From NCBI GenBank assembly GCA_009602725.1, contig WELB01000017.1, positions 669,114 to 733,113 of the forward strand: a DNA stretch of 64,000 nucleotides, written 5' to 3'. The stretch's first letter is position 1, and each line of letters opens with the position of its first letter. The notes beneath the pieces are model-generated. The model saw only the letters and a list, made by a program, of their open reading frames with translations, was not told where the DNA came from and did not search any database. This DNA is from Spirogloea muscicola. Its lineage: Eukaryota. Below, one piece after another: positions 1-12,882 of this stretch. The position numbers were made by a program, and so were the translations under genes.

Positions 1-12
1 AGCGTAACACAC

Positions 13-3000
13 CTCCCAAATGCAAGGCAAGTAGGCCTCGGCAGTGGTGCGGCCTATCAGCGAGCTTTCCTGCAGGATGTGGAAGGCGCTCTCGAGGGCG
101 GGCGCCGGTAGAACCTGGCAGAGTGCAACTGCCTGCAGGTTGGCGCCTAAGATCCGCAGCGAGGTGATCATGCGCCGGACCTGGGTAGGCCGCCAGCACC
201 GCAGAAACGAAAGGCTAATGAAAGGGTTGAAGACGTCGTATAATTTGGCAAGAATCACTTCGAGGCCTCACAAGAATGACAGCAGGTGCTGCTAAAAGTA
301 CCGCAGCATGTGACACAGCGCACGTGCACGTGATCAGAAACATCTGCAAGCTGTGAGTCCTGAAGCAGGGCTACCACAGCCCCTTGACGTCGCGCTGTAA
401 GTCTCCTACTACCACATGGTCTTGCGAAGGGGGCAATCTGTGAGGGCTCAGGATGCAGGATGTTTAAGGTGTAGGGTTTAAAGTGCTTCAGTCAGAGATC
501 AGCGCTGCCGGAACCTACCACCCAGGGCGTGAATACATCACTTGGAAAGGGCACGCTGGGGTCACAATAGCCTGCCGTCTTCAGCGCGCCAGCCTAGACA
601 CCAGCACACCAGCGCTCTACACATCAGCGGCAAAATCTACTGTGCAACTCAAAATGGATACACACACTAGCGAGGCAGGGAATTGATGGGGTGCCATGAC
701 GGCATTGAGCTGACAGAGCAGCGTGATAGGTGTAGCTTACAGACTTCTGATGCGAGGGTAATGTTGACCATCTGGTTCTACTTCCTGTTACTGTTGCACA
801 ATCCTGTGCAAGAGAAGTGCATTGAGGGCCCACCTGAAGGTGCAGCTGCAGGCTCTCAAGGTGGCGCTCATCCTCGAACGCTAGGTCAGCTGCACTCTGA
901 AGCCAGCGGTGACCACGCTCGCTGTCGCCCTCCACAGCAGCAGGCAGCGCAAGGAGCTGCGCCAGGAGTGCACAGAAGAGTTTTCGTCCAAAGCTGGGGT
1001 GTGCTCGCGGGGCTGCTGGGCGGTATGCCTGCACTGCTGCAGCTACCAAGGCCCCCGCCGTCACGCCAGCCAGCACGCCATAGCGCTCGACGGCAAGCGG
1101 CCACGGCGAGAGGCCCGCACTGTGGCAGCGGTGCAGCCAGCCCGCAGTCAGACTCGCCAGCGCCGGGAGGAGTACGGCGCTGGAGAGCCTGGTCACCAGC
1201 GGGAGCATCGCGACGCCTGGGTATGGTGGTGGCGGCAGCATCGACGACTCATCGGGCTTCTGATATCCATCCATGTCCATTGGCTCTGGGTTGCCACTGT
1301 CACCGCTGGCCACCTTCGGCTCTTCAGCCACGCCCGCCAACATCCCGGGGCAGTCTCGGATGCTCAGATAGTCATTACGCACGTTGCTGGAAGTCCGCAG
1401 CAGGAGGCAGAGCAGGTCCTCAAAGCGTCGCCACAAGGCCGATCCCTGCTGTGCTGTCTCCTCACTGAAGCAATTCTGAGATGCCGCCGCCTGCGGCAAG
1501 GGTGCATAGCAAGCTCTAGAGACTTACAGCTCACTTGAAAGGTTGGGACCTTGAGGGGTTATAACTTTCGATCGAGCAACGCACCTGATCTTGCATCTGC
1601 GCTAAGCGACAGGATGCCAACCATCACCACAGACTGCCCACCAACGTCTGCATCCTACGGTCCCAATTACTGGAAAGACTGACTAGACAATTGATCAAGT
1701 CCCGCTGTAACTGCTGCAAGCAACACTGACATGTGTGGCAACTTGCAGTTGACTTCGGTGCTCGGCGTGGTTGAAGGCCTACCCAGCCAGTAGCTGCGGC
1801 AGAGGAGGTGGACGCACTTGGAGGGAGGTGCACAGTGGAACGAGGCTGCCCAGCGCAGCAGCGACCTGGACAGCACGCAGCACGCGCAAGTGCTCCCTCG
1901 TTGCGCTACCGCCACTGTCGCCATGGGGAGCCTCAAGGATGGCCCATGCGCAGAAGGAGGCAAGCTCATCCCACATGCCCCTCTCCATCAGTGCAAGGAG
2001 CACGTACTCGGCTGTCGCAAGCGACGGCAGGCTGCTGGCACCTGCCAGGCAGCCTGTGAGCATCTCCGCTTCCTGCACAACAATCAGCAGAAGGTTCTCA
2101 ACTGCAGAATGGATTAGGTTCAAGCTTTAGGTCGTGAAAACGCAGCCCTAAAGACTGAGCTCATAAACCTTGACCCTTAGCTTGAGCCCCCCGGCCATCG
2201 AAGCTTTAGGTCGTGAAAACGCAGCCCTAAAGACTGAGCTCATAAACCTTGACCCTTAGCTTGAGCCCCCCAGCCACCGGCTTACCTTCGCCACAGCCTT
2301 GGCCACTTTCTCCTCGCCTGCCGCGCCACCCATCTGGACCAAACCCTGCTCGGCAGCATCTCGCCGGGCCACGCACTCTTCCAGCCACAGCAGCGCCAGT
2401 GCGTCCAGGTGGCCCGGCACAAGCTCAAGGGCCAGCCGGTACAGAGGCGCAGGTGCCACCTCTGCACAGGCACGGCGGAGAAGCGCTGCGACGAGGTCGG
2501 TGGCCGGTAACGGCTCCCCCATAGCAAGCGCCTGCCGTACTATGTGCTCCGCCTTTTCTGCTGTCTCAGCCTCGAGCACAGCTGCTGGGAGCAGCCGGCC
2601 GGCAGGAGGCTGGCCGCCTCTCTCATCCGATTGTCCTGTGGCTGCCACTGGCTCTTCCGCTGAAGACAGACCACCGACAGCCAAAGCTGCGCCATCCCCG
2701 CCATTCTTGGCATTGCCAAGGAGCCCGGCGATGCCATCCACCTTCTCCGTAGCACAAGCCCACAGCCAGGGCGCGTTGATGGCGCAGCAGGCAGCCATTG
2801 CCAAGTCTCGGAGCCGCTGTGTCGCCTCTGCCACCGCCGCCACCACAGTCGCAAGCTCCTTACCCTCCGCCACCCACGCCGGCCTGCCAGACTGCATGGC
2901 TGTGCGGCTGTCATGCAGACCCTGCAGGCCCTTGGCAACAAGGTCTATGAGGAGCTTCAGCGCAGCTTGGTCGTGCTCAAGGAGGTGCCGAGCACGGGCA

Positions 3001-4371
3001 AACGCGACCGCTGAGGTGCCGACAGAGCGATTGCCTTCAGCTACTCCTTGCACGAGGATCATCGCCGCAGCCTTCGCCCGCACTGCCGCATGAATGCGGC
3101 CATCTTCCTGCAGGCCCTCTGCGTAGCCGCGCGGCAGTGCCCCACGTTGCAGGCCGTCGTGCAGAGCCGCCACCAGCGCCAACCCCAACGCCTCCTCCTC
3201 AGCCTCTCCCCCTCTTGCTCCTCCCTCCTCCCTCCCGCCCTCTGTGCTGCGGCTGGCTGTGAGCAGCCGCAGGCGACACTCCTCGCAGCGCCGCACAGCC
3301 TCCTGAGTGTCCGAGCGCTCGCTGGGCACTGCGCCCTCGCCCTCGTCTGGAGCTGCCGCGCTGCCGGTGAGCATGCGGCAGGCGAGCAAGTAGCCAGCGA
3401 GCCGGTCGCCTGGAACTGCCTCGTCGGAGTCCAGCGGAATATCTGGAGCTGGCAAGGACGCCGCATCAGCAGCCACCACCGGAGGCTCGCCATCGGTGGC
3501 AGTGGCTGCCTCGGCGGCAGCACAGCGGGCAAACATGCGGTGCGCCCGCGCGACCCGGCCGCGGAAGAAGTGCACCTCGGCGACGTCGAACATGCAAAGG
3601 CGGCGGTAGTGCCGGCTCAGTGAGTGCCACTGCGACGCAGCCGGCGCCACTGCCTCCGCAGGCGAAGCCGGGAGGCCTGCCGGCACAGGCCGCCTCTCCG
3701 AGATCTCGCCAGTCTCCGCCAGCATCTGCTCCAGGAAGCGCACTGCCTCGCGCTCGCTCTCGACGCCGCCGCCGTCCTCGTAGTCCGCGTCCCAGCCGGC
3801 GGTCGCTGCACCCGAATCGTGGGTACCCAACTCGGCCGCAGCCGCTCCCGCAGCTTCTTCTGACGCAGCGCCGCTGGCCTCCCTCGCCTCCAGCAACGGT
3901 TCGGCCCTTCTGTGAGGTGACCCAGACTCAAGCAGGCCCTCATCGCAATCGTCCTCGTCGTCGCAGCGGTAAACCAGGCCCGCCTTGGGGCCGAGGTACC
4001 CGGAGCTGGGCGCGGCGGAGCCGATGGGGTGCGACCCCAGCGCGCTGCGCAGCGCCCAGCGGCGCAAGTCGCACCGGTGCAGCGGCGCACGCGCGCCGTC
4101 GTGCTCTGCCAGCGCCTGCATCGGAGGCCGTCGCGTGGAAAACCGGAGGTCACAGCACTGGCTGAGCCGGGCTGCTCCCGCCGAGGCTCGAACACGGTCG
4201 GCTTGCGTCCGGGGTCTTAGGCCATAGAAGTAGGGTCAGGGTTTGGGCGCACCTGCAGCAGCGCAAGCTGGTGGTGTGGCGACGTTGGCAGCGCGGCCTC
4301 GACGCCGGCCAGCGAGAGGCCCGCCCAGGCGGCGACGCGCGCCGCGCGCTCCAGCAGCAGCGCGCGCGTGC
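13..4371 (-). CDS. INTS8: Integrator complex subunit 8 homologue (spliced; 5' end lost at the n at 4372, 3' end runs off the window)
   Basis: Exons translate to ALLLERAARVAAWAGLSLAGVEAAL (~4252-4370), LRRWALRSAL and MFDVAEVHFFRG (2256-4121 ORF), HRWLQSAADLAFEDERHLESLQLHLQ (~835-915), AGALKTAGYCDPSVPFPSDVFTPWV (~518-592) and VRRMITSLRILGANLQAVALCQVL...AFHILQE...AYLPCIWE (13-180). These match in order my recalled INTS8 motifs LALKVAAHLKWDL, HRWAIRT, YDLGAAYF, SWLIIQADIYF...YYLQAGA, PDVYTDQVIKRMIKC and AILCQ...YYDYIWD. GT-AG introns. Confidence 0.8.
2122..2278. repeat. 79-bp tandem duplication in an INTS8 intron
   Basis: aagctttaggtcgtgaaaacgcagccctaaagactgagctcataaaccttgacccttagcttgagcccccc starts at both 2122 and 2201. 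Confidence 0.95.
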
Positions 4372-4462
4372 NGCTCGCCGGCTCCCCGCGCGCTTCTCGC
4401 GCCGCTCGCTGCGCCACCTGACGGTGTTCCCCCCACTGAGGCGCGCTGCAGGCTCGGCGGCG

Positions 4463-7430
4463 ATGCCGGGCGCGGCCGGGCAGCAGCTCCAACAGGCCTC
4501 GGCGCAATTCCTGAACACCGTCCTGTCGCAGGGCGGCCCTCAGGCTCTGCCCTACAGGTGCGCCTCGCCCTCGCCCGCCGCGCCCGGAGCGGCACCCCAG
4601 GCCTGCACCGCCAATTGCCGAGTGGGAGTAGGACGGTGTGGCCGCTGTCTTTGCTGCTGTCATTGCGGCTGGCGGGCCATCGCTGCCACTCCACCGTTGC
4701 CTGCTCGCCTGCGTCCCGGCCGGACTGCAAGCGGTCTACAAAGGCAGAGCACTCGTGTCTGGCCCTGGGCGCCAACGCTGTGCTCTAGGAGGGCTACGGC
4801 CATCGCTACTTACACTTTGGCCGGCCTAGAGAGAGTCGGAGACCCCCAGAGTTCTGTGCATCATGCTCAGCTCTGCACTTCAGCTGCTGCTGACTGGCGC
4901 GCCGCCAACTGCCCCTGTGCAGCGAGGACGTGAAGTGGTCCATCAGGCAGCACCTCCTGGCAGTGGTGCAGGAGTTCCCTGGCCTGCAGGTGAGGACGGC
5001 GACGTTCACGCACAACGACGGGCGCGCCATCAACCTGCTGCAATGCGAGGGCACGGTGCCCATGTACTACCAGGGCGTCAAGTACAACATCCCCGTCACC
5101 ATCTGGCTGCTCGAGAACTACCCCCGCACCTGCCCCCTCGCGTACGTCACGCCCACCCGCGACATGATCATCAAGCCCAGGCATCCGAACGTCGACGCTT
5201 CAGGTGCCGCCTGGCTGCTCGCCTCTGTCGACGTCGCCACTGCGACGACTTGGTCGTTTCTGTCTGCGCCGAATGCCACCCTCGAAGCTGACCAGCGCCG
5301 TACGAGGCACCCCAACTGCGGAGGGGCGCGGGAGGGCTTTGTCGCCTCTGCCGCTGGACTTCTCTTGGGATGCGGGCTCAGCATCTGGAGTAACCTAGCT
5401 GCCCTGCCTGTGCCAGGGCTCGTGGATGTCCCCTATCTGCGGGAGTGGATCTACCCGAGGTCCACGCTGGTCGACCTAGTGCACAAATGCTCCGAGCTAT
5501 TCAGCCACGAGCCCCCCCTCTTCTCCAGGTGCGTGCCTGCGCCCATTGGCTCGAAACCAGCCCTCTAGCATCTGAAATCGTAGAAGAGGGGTGTCGGAGT
5601 GGCGACAGCGACAACAGCCTTTGCACCGCAAGGTTTGCTGTCATGTAGGATTGCTTGGTACAGCCCTGCCCGTCGTCGCACTCACTCGAAGATGCCTGCT
5701 TGGTCCACCCGCATGCGGACAGGCCCGCGACTTTGCCAGCCAGACCAGCGCCGCCTCAGCAACCCCCGCCTCAGCAAGTCGTCTTCCTTGGCAGCAACCC
5801 CGTGTACTCCTTCGTGCCACTGCAGGCCCCTCATTTGTTAAAAGACCAGGCCTTGTCTTGTCCAATGTGGTTCATGTGCCGCAGAATTTTATGTGCTTCA
5901 CCGAGGTTCAGGAGTTTCCTCAGGACTGTCTCATCGAAGTCAGATGCAGATCCAAGGGTTTGTGACTGTCACTTACGACCACTGATCATAGAGAGCAGCC
6001 TTACTGAAGGAGACTTACAGGCTTACTCTTTGACAGAGATTACAGTTCTTCTTGATAATATGACCTTCTTTGAATAGCCGTAGCTTGGCTGCCCCACTGC
6101 TCTTCTGACGAGCTCCCAACCCTGCTGCTGCACTCTGTGCAGGAGCCAATCAGGGAGACCGTCATACTCTTCCTCCTCGAGCGGGACACCCCCCACTTCC
6201 CAGGGGGTCAGGCCAGACCCCATCAGCGTCTTCCGACGAAACGCCATCAATGCTCTCTCTGACAGACTACAGGTACTCATCTGGCGCTCTCAGAGCAAGC
6301 CCATTGCATGTGCAAGGTGCAGTGTGCTTGTCGCTTGCACTATGTAGCACGAGCCAGGCGCTCCTCGATCGTGTGGTCGGCCCTTTACACTGACTGGCAA
6401 GCTACAGACAATCGTCATTGCTCTGTGCCAAAATCCACAAACATTTAAGTCTGCAGTACTAATTGAGGAGAGTATATTTGGTAGATTATGTCAAGGTTGT
6501 GCATCTATCAGCTTGGCAGTGTTGTGCAGTACTCTATACTTTTACGACTGGATTGGGTGACCCATTGATAACCTCTTTCAGAAAGACATAGTCATCCATG
6601 CAAAGGAGGTTACCAGGGATATGGACCAGTACTTCAATACCCAGGTAGGTGCCCCCCACTTCCGAAGTGGTGACAGTTATTAAAGAACAGGCTTTACTCA
6701 TGGACCTGCAAATCTTTGTTTGCTCACAGATACTTTGTGAACAGTCGTGAAGGCAAATTGTCCAGTCCTATCCCAGCTTCTCAGTAGGCAACTCCAAATG
6801 TATCTGGTGCCATGCAGGCCTTGCTGTATCAAAGAGCGGAGATACTGGAAAGAGGAGTACTTGAACTGCGGTCTGAGAAAGAGGCACTTGAGCAGACGCT
6901 GCAGCTGATGCTCACCAACACAGACGTTGTTGAGACGTGGCTCAATGTGAGCATGTTGATCCGTATTCCTCGCTCGCTTGGCTTGCTTCCTCCATCCATT
7001 GACGATGCCATCACGCAGAGCTGCTGCAGCTTCGACCGGGCAGTACACTGACGGGGGGAGCTCTTCCTGCATTCATCTGTAGGTCAATGACAAAGGGCCA
7101 GTGGAGGTTGACATCGACACTGCCTTTGTCCCCGTAGATGCCTTGTCAAAGCAGATGTTGGACTGCACTGCACAGGACCTGGCCATAGAGGACATTCTGT
7201 ACTCCCTGGACAAGGGAGTTCAGGATGGAATCATTCCTGTGGAGATCTATCTGCGGCATGTTCGCAATTTGGCTAGGGAGCAGTTCATGCATCGAGCAAC
7301 TTCTTTGAAAGTGAGAGCAGCTCAGATGCACGGTCAAGTGGCTGCCATGGCAGCACAAGCACCATCGCTTACACAACCTCATGATTCCTGCCCTTCACCC
7401 CTTCTTAGCTGGTCGTCTACTGCTTATTAG
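4463..7430 (+). CDS. ELC: ESCRT-I subunit VPS23/TSG101 (ELC), spliced
   Basis: MPGAAGQQLQQASAQFLNTVLSQGGPQALPY|..KWSIRQHLL..FTHNDGRAINLLQCEGTVPMYYQGVKYNIPVTIWLLENYP (UEV domain); coiled coil; C-terminal Vps23 core DALSKQMLDCTAQDLAIEDILYSLDKGVQDG..YLRHVRNLAREQFMHRA. Confidence 0.95.
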
Positions 7431-8198
7431 CGCCAATGGTCCCCTCACCTTGGACCATCATAAGCAGTGGGGCCGCATCTTGTCAGCGCTTCCTCATGTC
7501 ACACATTCGTACCACAAGATTCTTCTGTACACTGGTTACAACACAATAATGCACGACCTGTGCTTGCTCACATGCAACCTGACAGGTACAATTAGCCTGG
7601 CTTGAAAGCTCGGCACACGATTCGTCATGCTTGATTAGATAACACCATCTTTCATTTATGACGTAAACAGCAATATCTGAAAGAGCAGATGGCAGGTGTT
7701 ACAGTAAGCTACAATAAGCTACTGTGAGCAATAGATTCTCTGTTGCAGACAAACACCAGCAAACATAACAATGATGCTGGCTTGTAATCTAGATGCTGTA
7801 CTTCGTAAAGCTCTGAAGAGCAGAATACAGATGAAGGAAGGCAGCTTAGTCAAGTAAGCAGCCCCTTTCAGCAATGTCACGACTCTAAGTTTGCTTTGTC
7901 TTCTGGGGGAAAAGATCGGCCTGAGATATGAGCGCCACGGAGAGGCTTGCATAAGGCTAACGCAGAGCAGCCGTCAGAAGCTGACGAAGGTATATTAGGT
8001 AGACCTGCTCCAAGTAAGAGCTACTAAAAGAATTGAATGTACTGCACCCATGCCAGAGGTAGCCTGCAGATCAGCGGGCTCCTCAGAGCAAGATGCAGAG
8101 GAGGCGCTGACTCGAGACTCAGAAAGTTACTCAATGCATACAGCCATCACCATGACATCAGTAGGACCACAAGAGAAGATCCAGTGCTACCAGTGAAG

Positions 8199-9668
8199 TC
8201 AGTTGTACAGCCCTTCCTGGTCCCACACGTCCACCAGGAACTCCACCATCTCCTGCAAGGGACTCGATGGCAGACATGCCTGACAATCTCATGAGCAGCT
8301 CAGCTGCTGCTGTTACCATGGGCCCTGCGACCACCTAATGTCTATCCACAGCAGGATCTGCGATCAACTAGCAGGAGGTTCCAAGTAGTCAAACACCCAG
8401 TGCAGCTGGGCTGCACCCGCAGGAGAAAGTCCAAGTCTCCATCAGGAAAGTTAGAAGTAAAGCGGGTCATCAAGGTGTTCACCGGCAGAGGAATAGGCTG
8501 AGGAAAGGGGCGACTGGTAGACAAGAGGTCCTGATATGTTGCTTCCAGGCTGCAAAGGCACAGCATGAGCGGCTGCAGTTGTAGCAAAGGTGTCGCGGGT
8601 ATGCCCATTCTCGGCAAGACGCCGACAGCTCTGCAGAGAAGCACAGTGGACAGGCATGCGACCACCCATGATTGACCAGTATCCCAGCAACCTGATCACA
8701 GATGGCCTGGGGGGTCGCCGGCTCCGCGAGCGGGCTCCGACCCACTCCTGCCTCCGCCGGTGCCAGTCGTGCAGAGCTGCACCAACGGGAGCACAGAACC
8801 AAAGGCTTCAACCTGCCGTGATGGCTCACAGTGACTAGCAATGAGCATGCACATCTCGCCGCGTGCAGGCTGCCGGTCACATCAGCTCACGTTGGTTCAC
8901 AAATTGGCCGTTGCTGGTGCTTCGGATGGACGAAGCTCCGGGCAGGACCCCAGCGGGCGCGACACTGAGGTTGCTCAGGCTCTCCGCCCTCGACGAGTTT
9001 GGGTTGCTGGGGCTATCCATGTCATTGGAGCTCGACGTCCACCAGTCCACCGGGGGGTGGCCCTGGGCCCGCACCCCACCTGCTCGGTACGCCCAGACGG
9101 CAATGGGGGGTGACTGACGCGCTCACCGCGTCGAGCTGGTCGTAGGAGCGCAAGAGGCGTGCCCAGCCAAGCATGCAAGGTGAGCATGCGCAGCACAGCC
9201 GGCCTGGCACAGTAGGCTGCCAACATGCTGACGCTGTGATCAGGGTTCAAATCGCCGAAAGCCTTAGCTCAAGACGGTGGGTTTCTGACGAGGCGGCCAG
9301 GCATTCCGCCTGCCTCCGTGTGGGGCACGCCGCGAGGCGGGCAGAGGCAGGCTGCGCTTGCGGGCTGTGTGGTGTGGCGTACCCTCCCGAACTCGGCGCC
9401 GCTTGGCCGGGCGCTCCACCGCGGCCGCTCTGCCCTCCCCAGCCTCCGAGCCCCCAAGACATGCGCTGCGCCGCCACCTCACGCGGGCCGCCTCATCGAG
9501 GGTCAGCGCCATGCCGGCAGAAGCCAGACCCTCGGCCTCGGCGGCCGCAGGAGCTTCGGCTCATCTGCGGTCTCGCCCCAGCAGGAGCACCAGGGGGCTT
9601 TGGCCGCGGCCGGCGCACCTCATGAACGAGCCTATGGTAGAGGCTGGCAGCACCGCGGCAACGGCCAT
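8199..9668 (-). CDS. DUF4050 / Gag1-like clamp domain protein, spliced (start uncertain)
   Basis: Exons MSACLGG.., DWWTSSSNDMD..QFVNQ, ALHDWHRRRQEWVG, LEATYQDLLSTSRPFPQPIPLP and EMVEFLVDVWDQEGLYN*; the C-terminus matches the plant family motif PIPLxEMVDFLVDxWxxEGLYD. Confidence 0.85.
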
Positions 9669-9673
9669 GCACG

Positions 9674-9704
<31 letters not shown>

Positions 9705-9726
9705 GGCTGGCCGTGGCGCCCCCCGN

Positions 9727-9922
9727 CGGCGGCGGCGGCGGCGTCGACCCACCACGGCGGCCGCCAGGCGGGGCCGGACACGACGGGCGCGACGGCGAAG
9801 CCGTCCTTCCGCCAGACGAAGGCGTCCAGGCCGACGGCGGCGGGCAGCGCGTTCACCTCCGCCGCCAGCGCGTCGAGGCCGAAGCCGCCAGCCGCCTCGT
9901 CCGGGAAGAGCGCGTACTCCAT
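9727..9922 (-). CDS. Ecdysoneless (ECD/SGT1-like) N-terminal fragment, cut by the n at 9726
   Basis: MEYALFPDEAAG..LPAAVGLDAFVWRKDGFAV resembles the ECD N-terminus (VEYxLF..PD...YIWQxxPF); the downstream GDNxEDEW motif is not seen. Confidence 0.45.
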
Positions 9923-10699
9923 GCTGTACTTGACGCTGTAGCCGCCGCCGCCGCCGCCGCCGCCGCGGCCCTCGCCCCGCGTCGTGAGCCCGCTCGCCCT
10001 CCTCCCCTGCGGCCTCCCGGCTCAGCAGCTCGGCTTGCACCTCGCAGCGCCGACGCCTGTGCGCTGCGCAGTCGGTCTCTCTCCTGCTTCGGCTGACTGC
10101 TGGCCTCGATCGCAGGCTCCCCCGCCGTGAGCCGGGCTGCGGCCGGCCCCCTGAGCTCTCCGACGCCCGCTGCGCGCCGGAGCTGCACCCCACGGCGCGG
10201 GCTTCCCGGCCGCTTCGCGCCGCCAGGCGTCGCCAGGTCGAGCCGCGTTTCCTTGCCCTCTCTCAGCTCTCCGCATACCCTCCACCCCATATCCAGGAGT
10301 CAGTGTTCGTGGACTACTAGCTCTTCTCCTGAGCTGCGCCCGCAGCTTCTTCAGTACCAGTCTTGCAACCAGTGCTGCCAATGCTGCCTGGCCGGGGTCC
10401 GGCACGGGCCCAGCGACGCCCTCCGCAAATGTGGTGAAGCCAATGTTGGTGGTCGTGGCGACAGTCAGCTTGGCCCCAAGCTTGCCCTGCGCTAAGACGC
10501 CCCTGTCCTGCAAGCGCCTGTGATCTCCCAGACCTTGGGCTGCAGGGCACACCAGGTGCAGTCGATGCTCTGGTGGTCGCGGAAGCAATGCCAGAGCTCA
10601 TCTAACCCCCATGCTTCCCAGAGCTCCAGCAGCACTCCAGGCCGAGCTGCATGGTAGTTGCTCTGAAGTCTCAGTGGCAAGTGGTCGCTTGTTGTTGCA

Positions 10700-12882
10700 G
10701 CAGATGGGGATCCAAGCAGCACCGGAGGGTTTGTGTCATCCAGGCAGAGGCGTCGGCACACACCAGTGGCAGTGAGAGGCTCGCTACTGCCAAACCTCTG
10801 CTCATGATTTCTCGTGCAGTGCCTGAGCTTAACAACTCGAACTTCTAGCGACCTCCTGTCAGAGGCAATGCTGCAAAGCTGGCCCTGGCTTGCCAACCCC
10901 CAAAGGAAAGACCTCCTCCACCTTATCCCGAGACTTTGCCAGACATTGGCCAACCTCGCAGAGTCTGCCGCCCTCATCCTCATACGGCACGGGGAGTCAT
11001 TGTGGAACTCCAAGAACCTGTTCACTGGCTGCGTCGACGTGCCCCTGTCAATGATTGGTGTTGAGGAGGCGCTAGAGGCTGGAAGGAGGATCTGTGACAT
11101 TCCTGTTGATGTCATTTTCACCTCGGCCCTTGTTCGTGCCCAGATGACAGCCATGCTTGCCATGACACAACACCGAAAGAAGAAGGTGAGACACCGCCGG
11201 CGCAAAGGAGACACCAAAATTGATTAGTGAGCAATTGGCTATTGAAAGACCTCGAAGACCAGCAAGCAGTTTGATGCTTCTGAGCAACGGGACTGACAAT
11301 TGACAATGTAGCTGCTGCTGAGATTGTGAGCAGCTCCCGCGAGGGGCCTGCTGTCTGTTCGTGCAGTCACTTGTACCCACTTACTATCTCGTTGGCCCAA
11401 CTGAGCAGGTCCCAGTGATCCTGCACACAGAAAGCGAGAGAGCGGTCAAGTGGAGCACGATCTATAGTGAAGACACCAAGCAGGAGGAAGTCATCCCTAC
11501 CTATACAGCTTGGCAGCTCAATGAGCGCGTGTAAAGATCACGTTCCTCGCCTTTGCTGCACCACAATCTCCAGCAGAAACTGCGCAAAATATCTGTTGTG
11601 TGGAAAGATAGACTACGATGTGATCATGTTCAATGTTCATCATGATCACAGTCATAATTTCGTGTTGCAGGTATGGAGAGTTACAAGGACTCAATAAGAA
11701 GGAGACAGCAGACAAATTCGGTAAGGAGCAAGTAACTCAGTGGCGACGCAGCTATGACGTTCCTCCACCTGGAGGCGAGAGCCTCGCCATGTGCGCTGAG
11801 CGAGCTGTCCTCTACTTCCGAGATAATGTGAGTCCTCTAGGACTAAATTGCTATATAAAGTACGGACTCTAGTGTTGAGCTGGCATCCTGCTGAACCAAA
11901 TTGCAGCTTGAGGATGATAACTACTACACTTCCGCAACATGCGAAGCTTCTGGCTTGCAGCTATCATCAGTCTCCCGGAGCTTGCTAAGCGTCGTCCATG
12001 AGTAAGTTTGCATATGAAGATTCAGTGTCGCATATGCAGTTGCTCACCTAGGATTACCTCAAGCCCTCTGCAATGTACTGAGCTTGCACCACGCATGCTG
12101 CTGCTAGGTGGAACCTATGCTAACTGAAGGGAAGAACGTTATGATTGCTGCACATGGCAACTCTTTGCGCTCTATCATCATGTACCTTGACAAGCTTACG
12201 TCTCAAGAGGTATGACCTCTTGACTTACGTCCTTCCTCTTCTTGCAAGAATGATAATGGATTGCTTCCAGTCTACTGTTTGAGTCTGTCACTGCCCAAGT
12301 ACTAGCGAAGTGCTTGTTGGCATTGCTCTTGCACATGCCCCTCCAGGACTCTGCCTACTCCTTACAGAGAGGTATTTGGTTAAAAGCTCAGGAAACAATC
12401 ATGCTCAACGGTGCTGCATTGTGTGTGTACCCCACTACTCCCATCAGGCAGCTGAAGCAAGGGTCCTGATCAGCATTCTAGGTTGGAACACTGGTCACAT
12501 GACTTGCATAAAGTTTGGGTGCAGGTCATTGAGTTGGAGTTGACAACCGGTGTACCTATGCTGTACATCTTCCAAGATGGCCAGTTTCTGCGGCGTGGCG
12601 CTCCTTTGGGGCCAACAGTCGACGGCGTCTTTGCGCTCACATCTGTGAGTGACTGGGCAGAAGTGCTCTTTGCTGATACTGGGATCTCAACTTGACTCCT
12701 TGACCACACCCGTCAGCTGCAGGCTTCTGCTTGTTGAGGACTTCTAGGTCGTTGTGTCACATCCACAACTTCTGAGGACTGTTCTTTGAGACAATAACTA
12801 CCTCTCCTATGCATCGGACCGAGGACCGCAAGGGTTTAGGTAGCTAGCCAAGCACTCTGCTGACAGAGATGAGCTCCTATGA
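10700..12882 (+). CDS. gpmA: 2,3-bisphosphoglycerate-dependent phosphoglycerate mutase, probably plastid-targeted; first and last exons approximate
   Basis: [111 protein letters not shown]. Confidence 0.93.

Noticed and set aside
2299..4165. Long plus-strand Ala/Arg/Pro-rich ORFs
   Set aside because: Antisense shadows of the GC-rich INTS8 exon with no recognisable motifs
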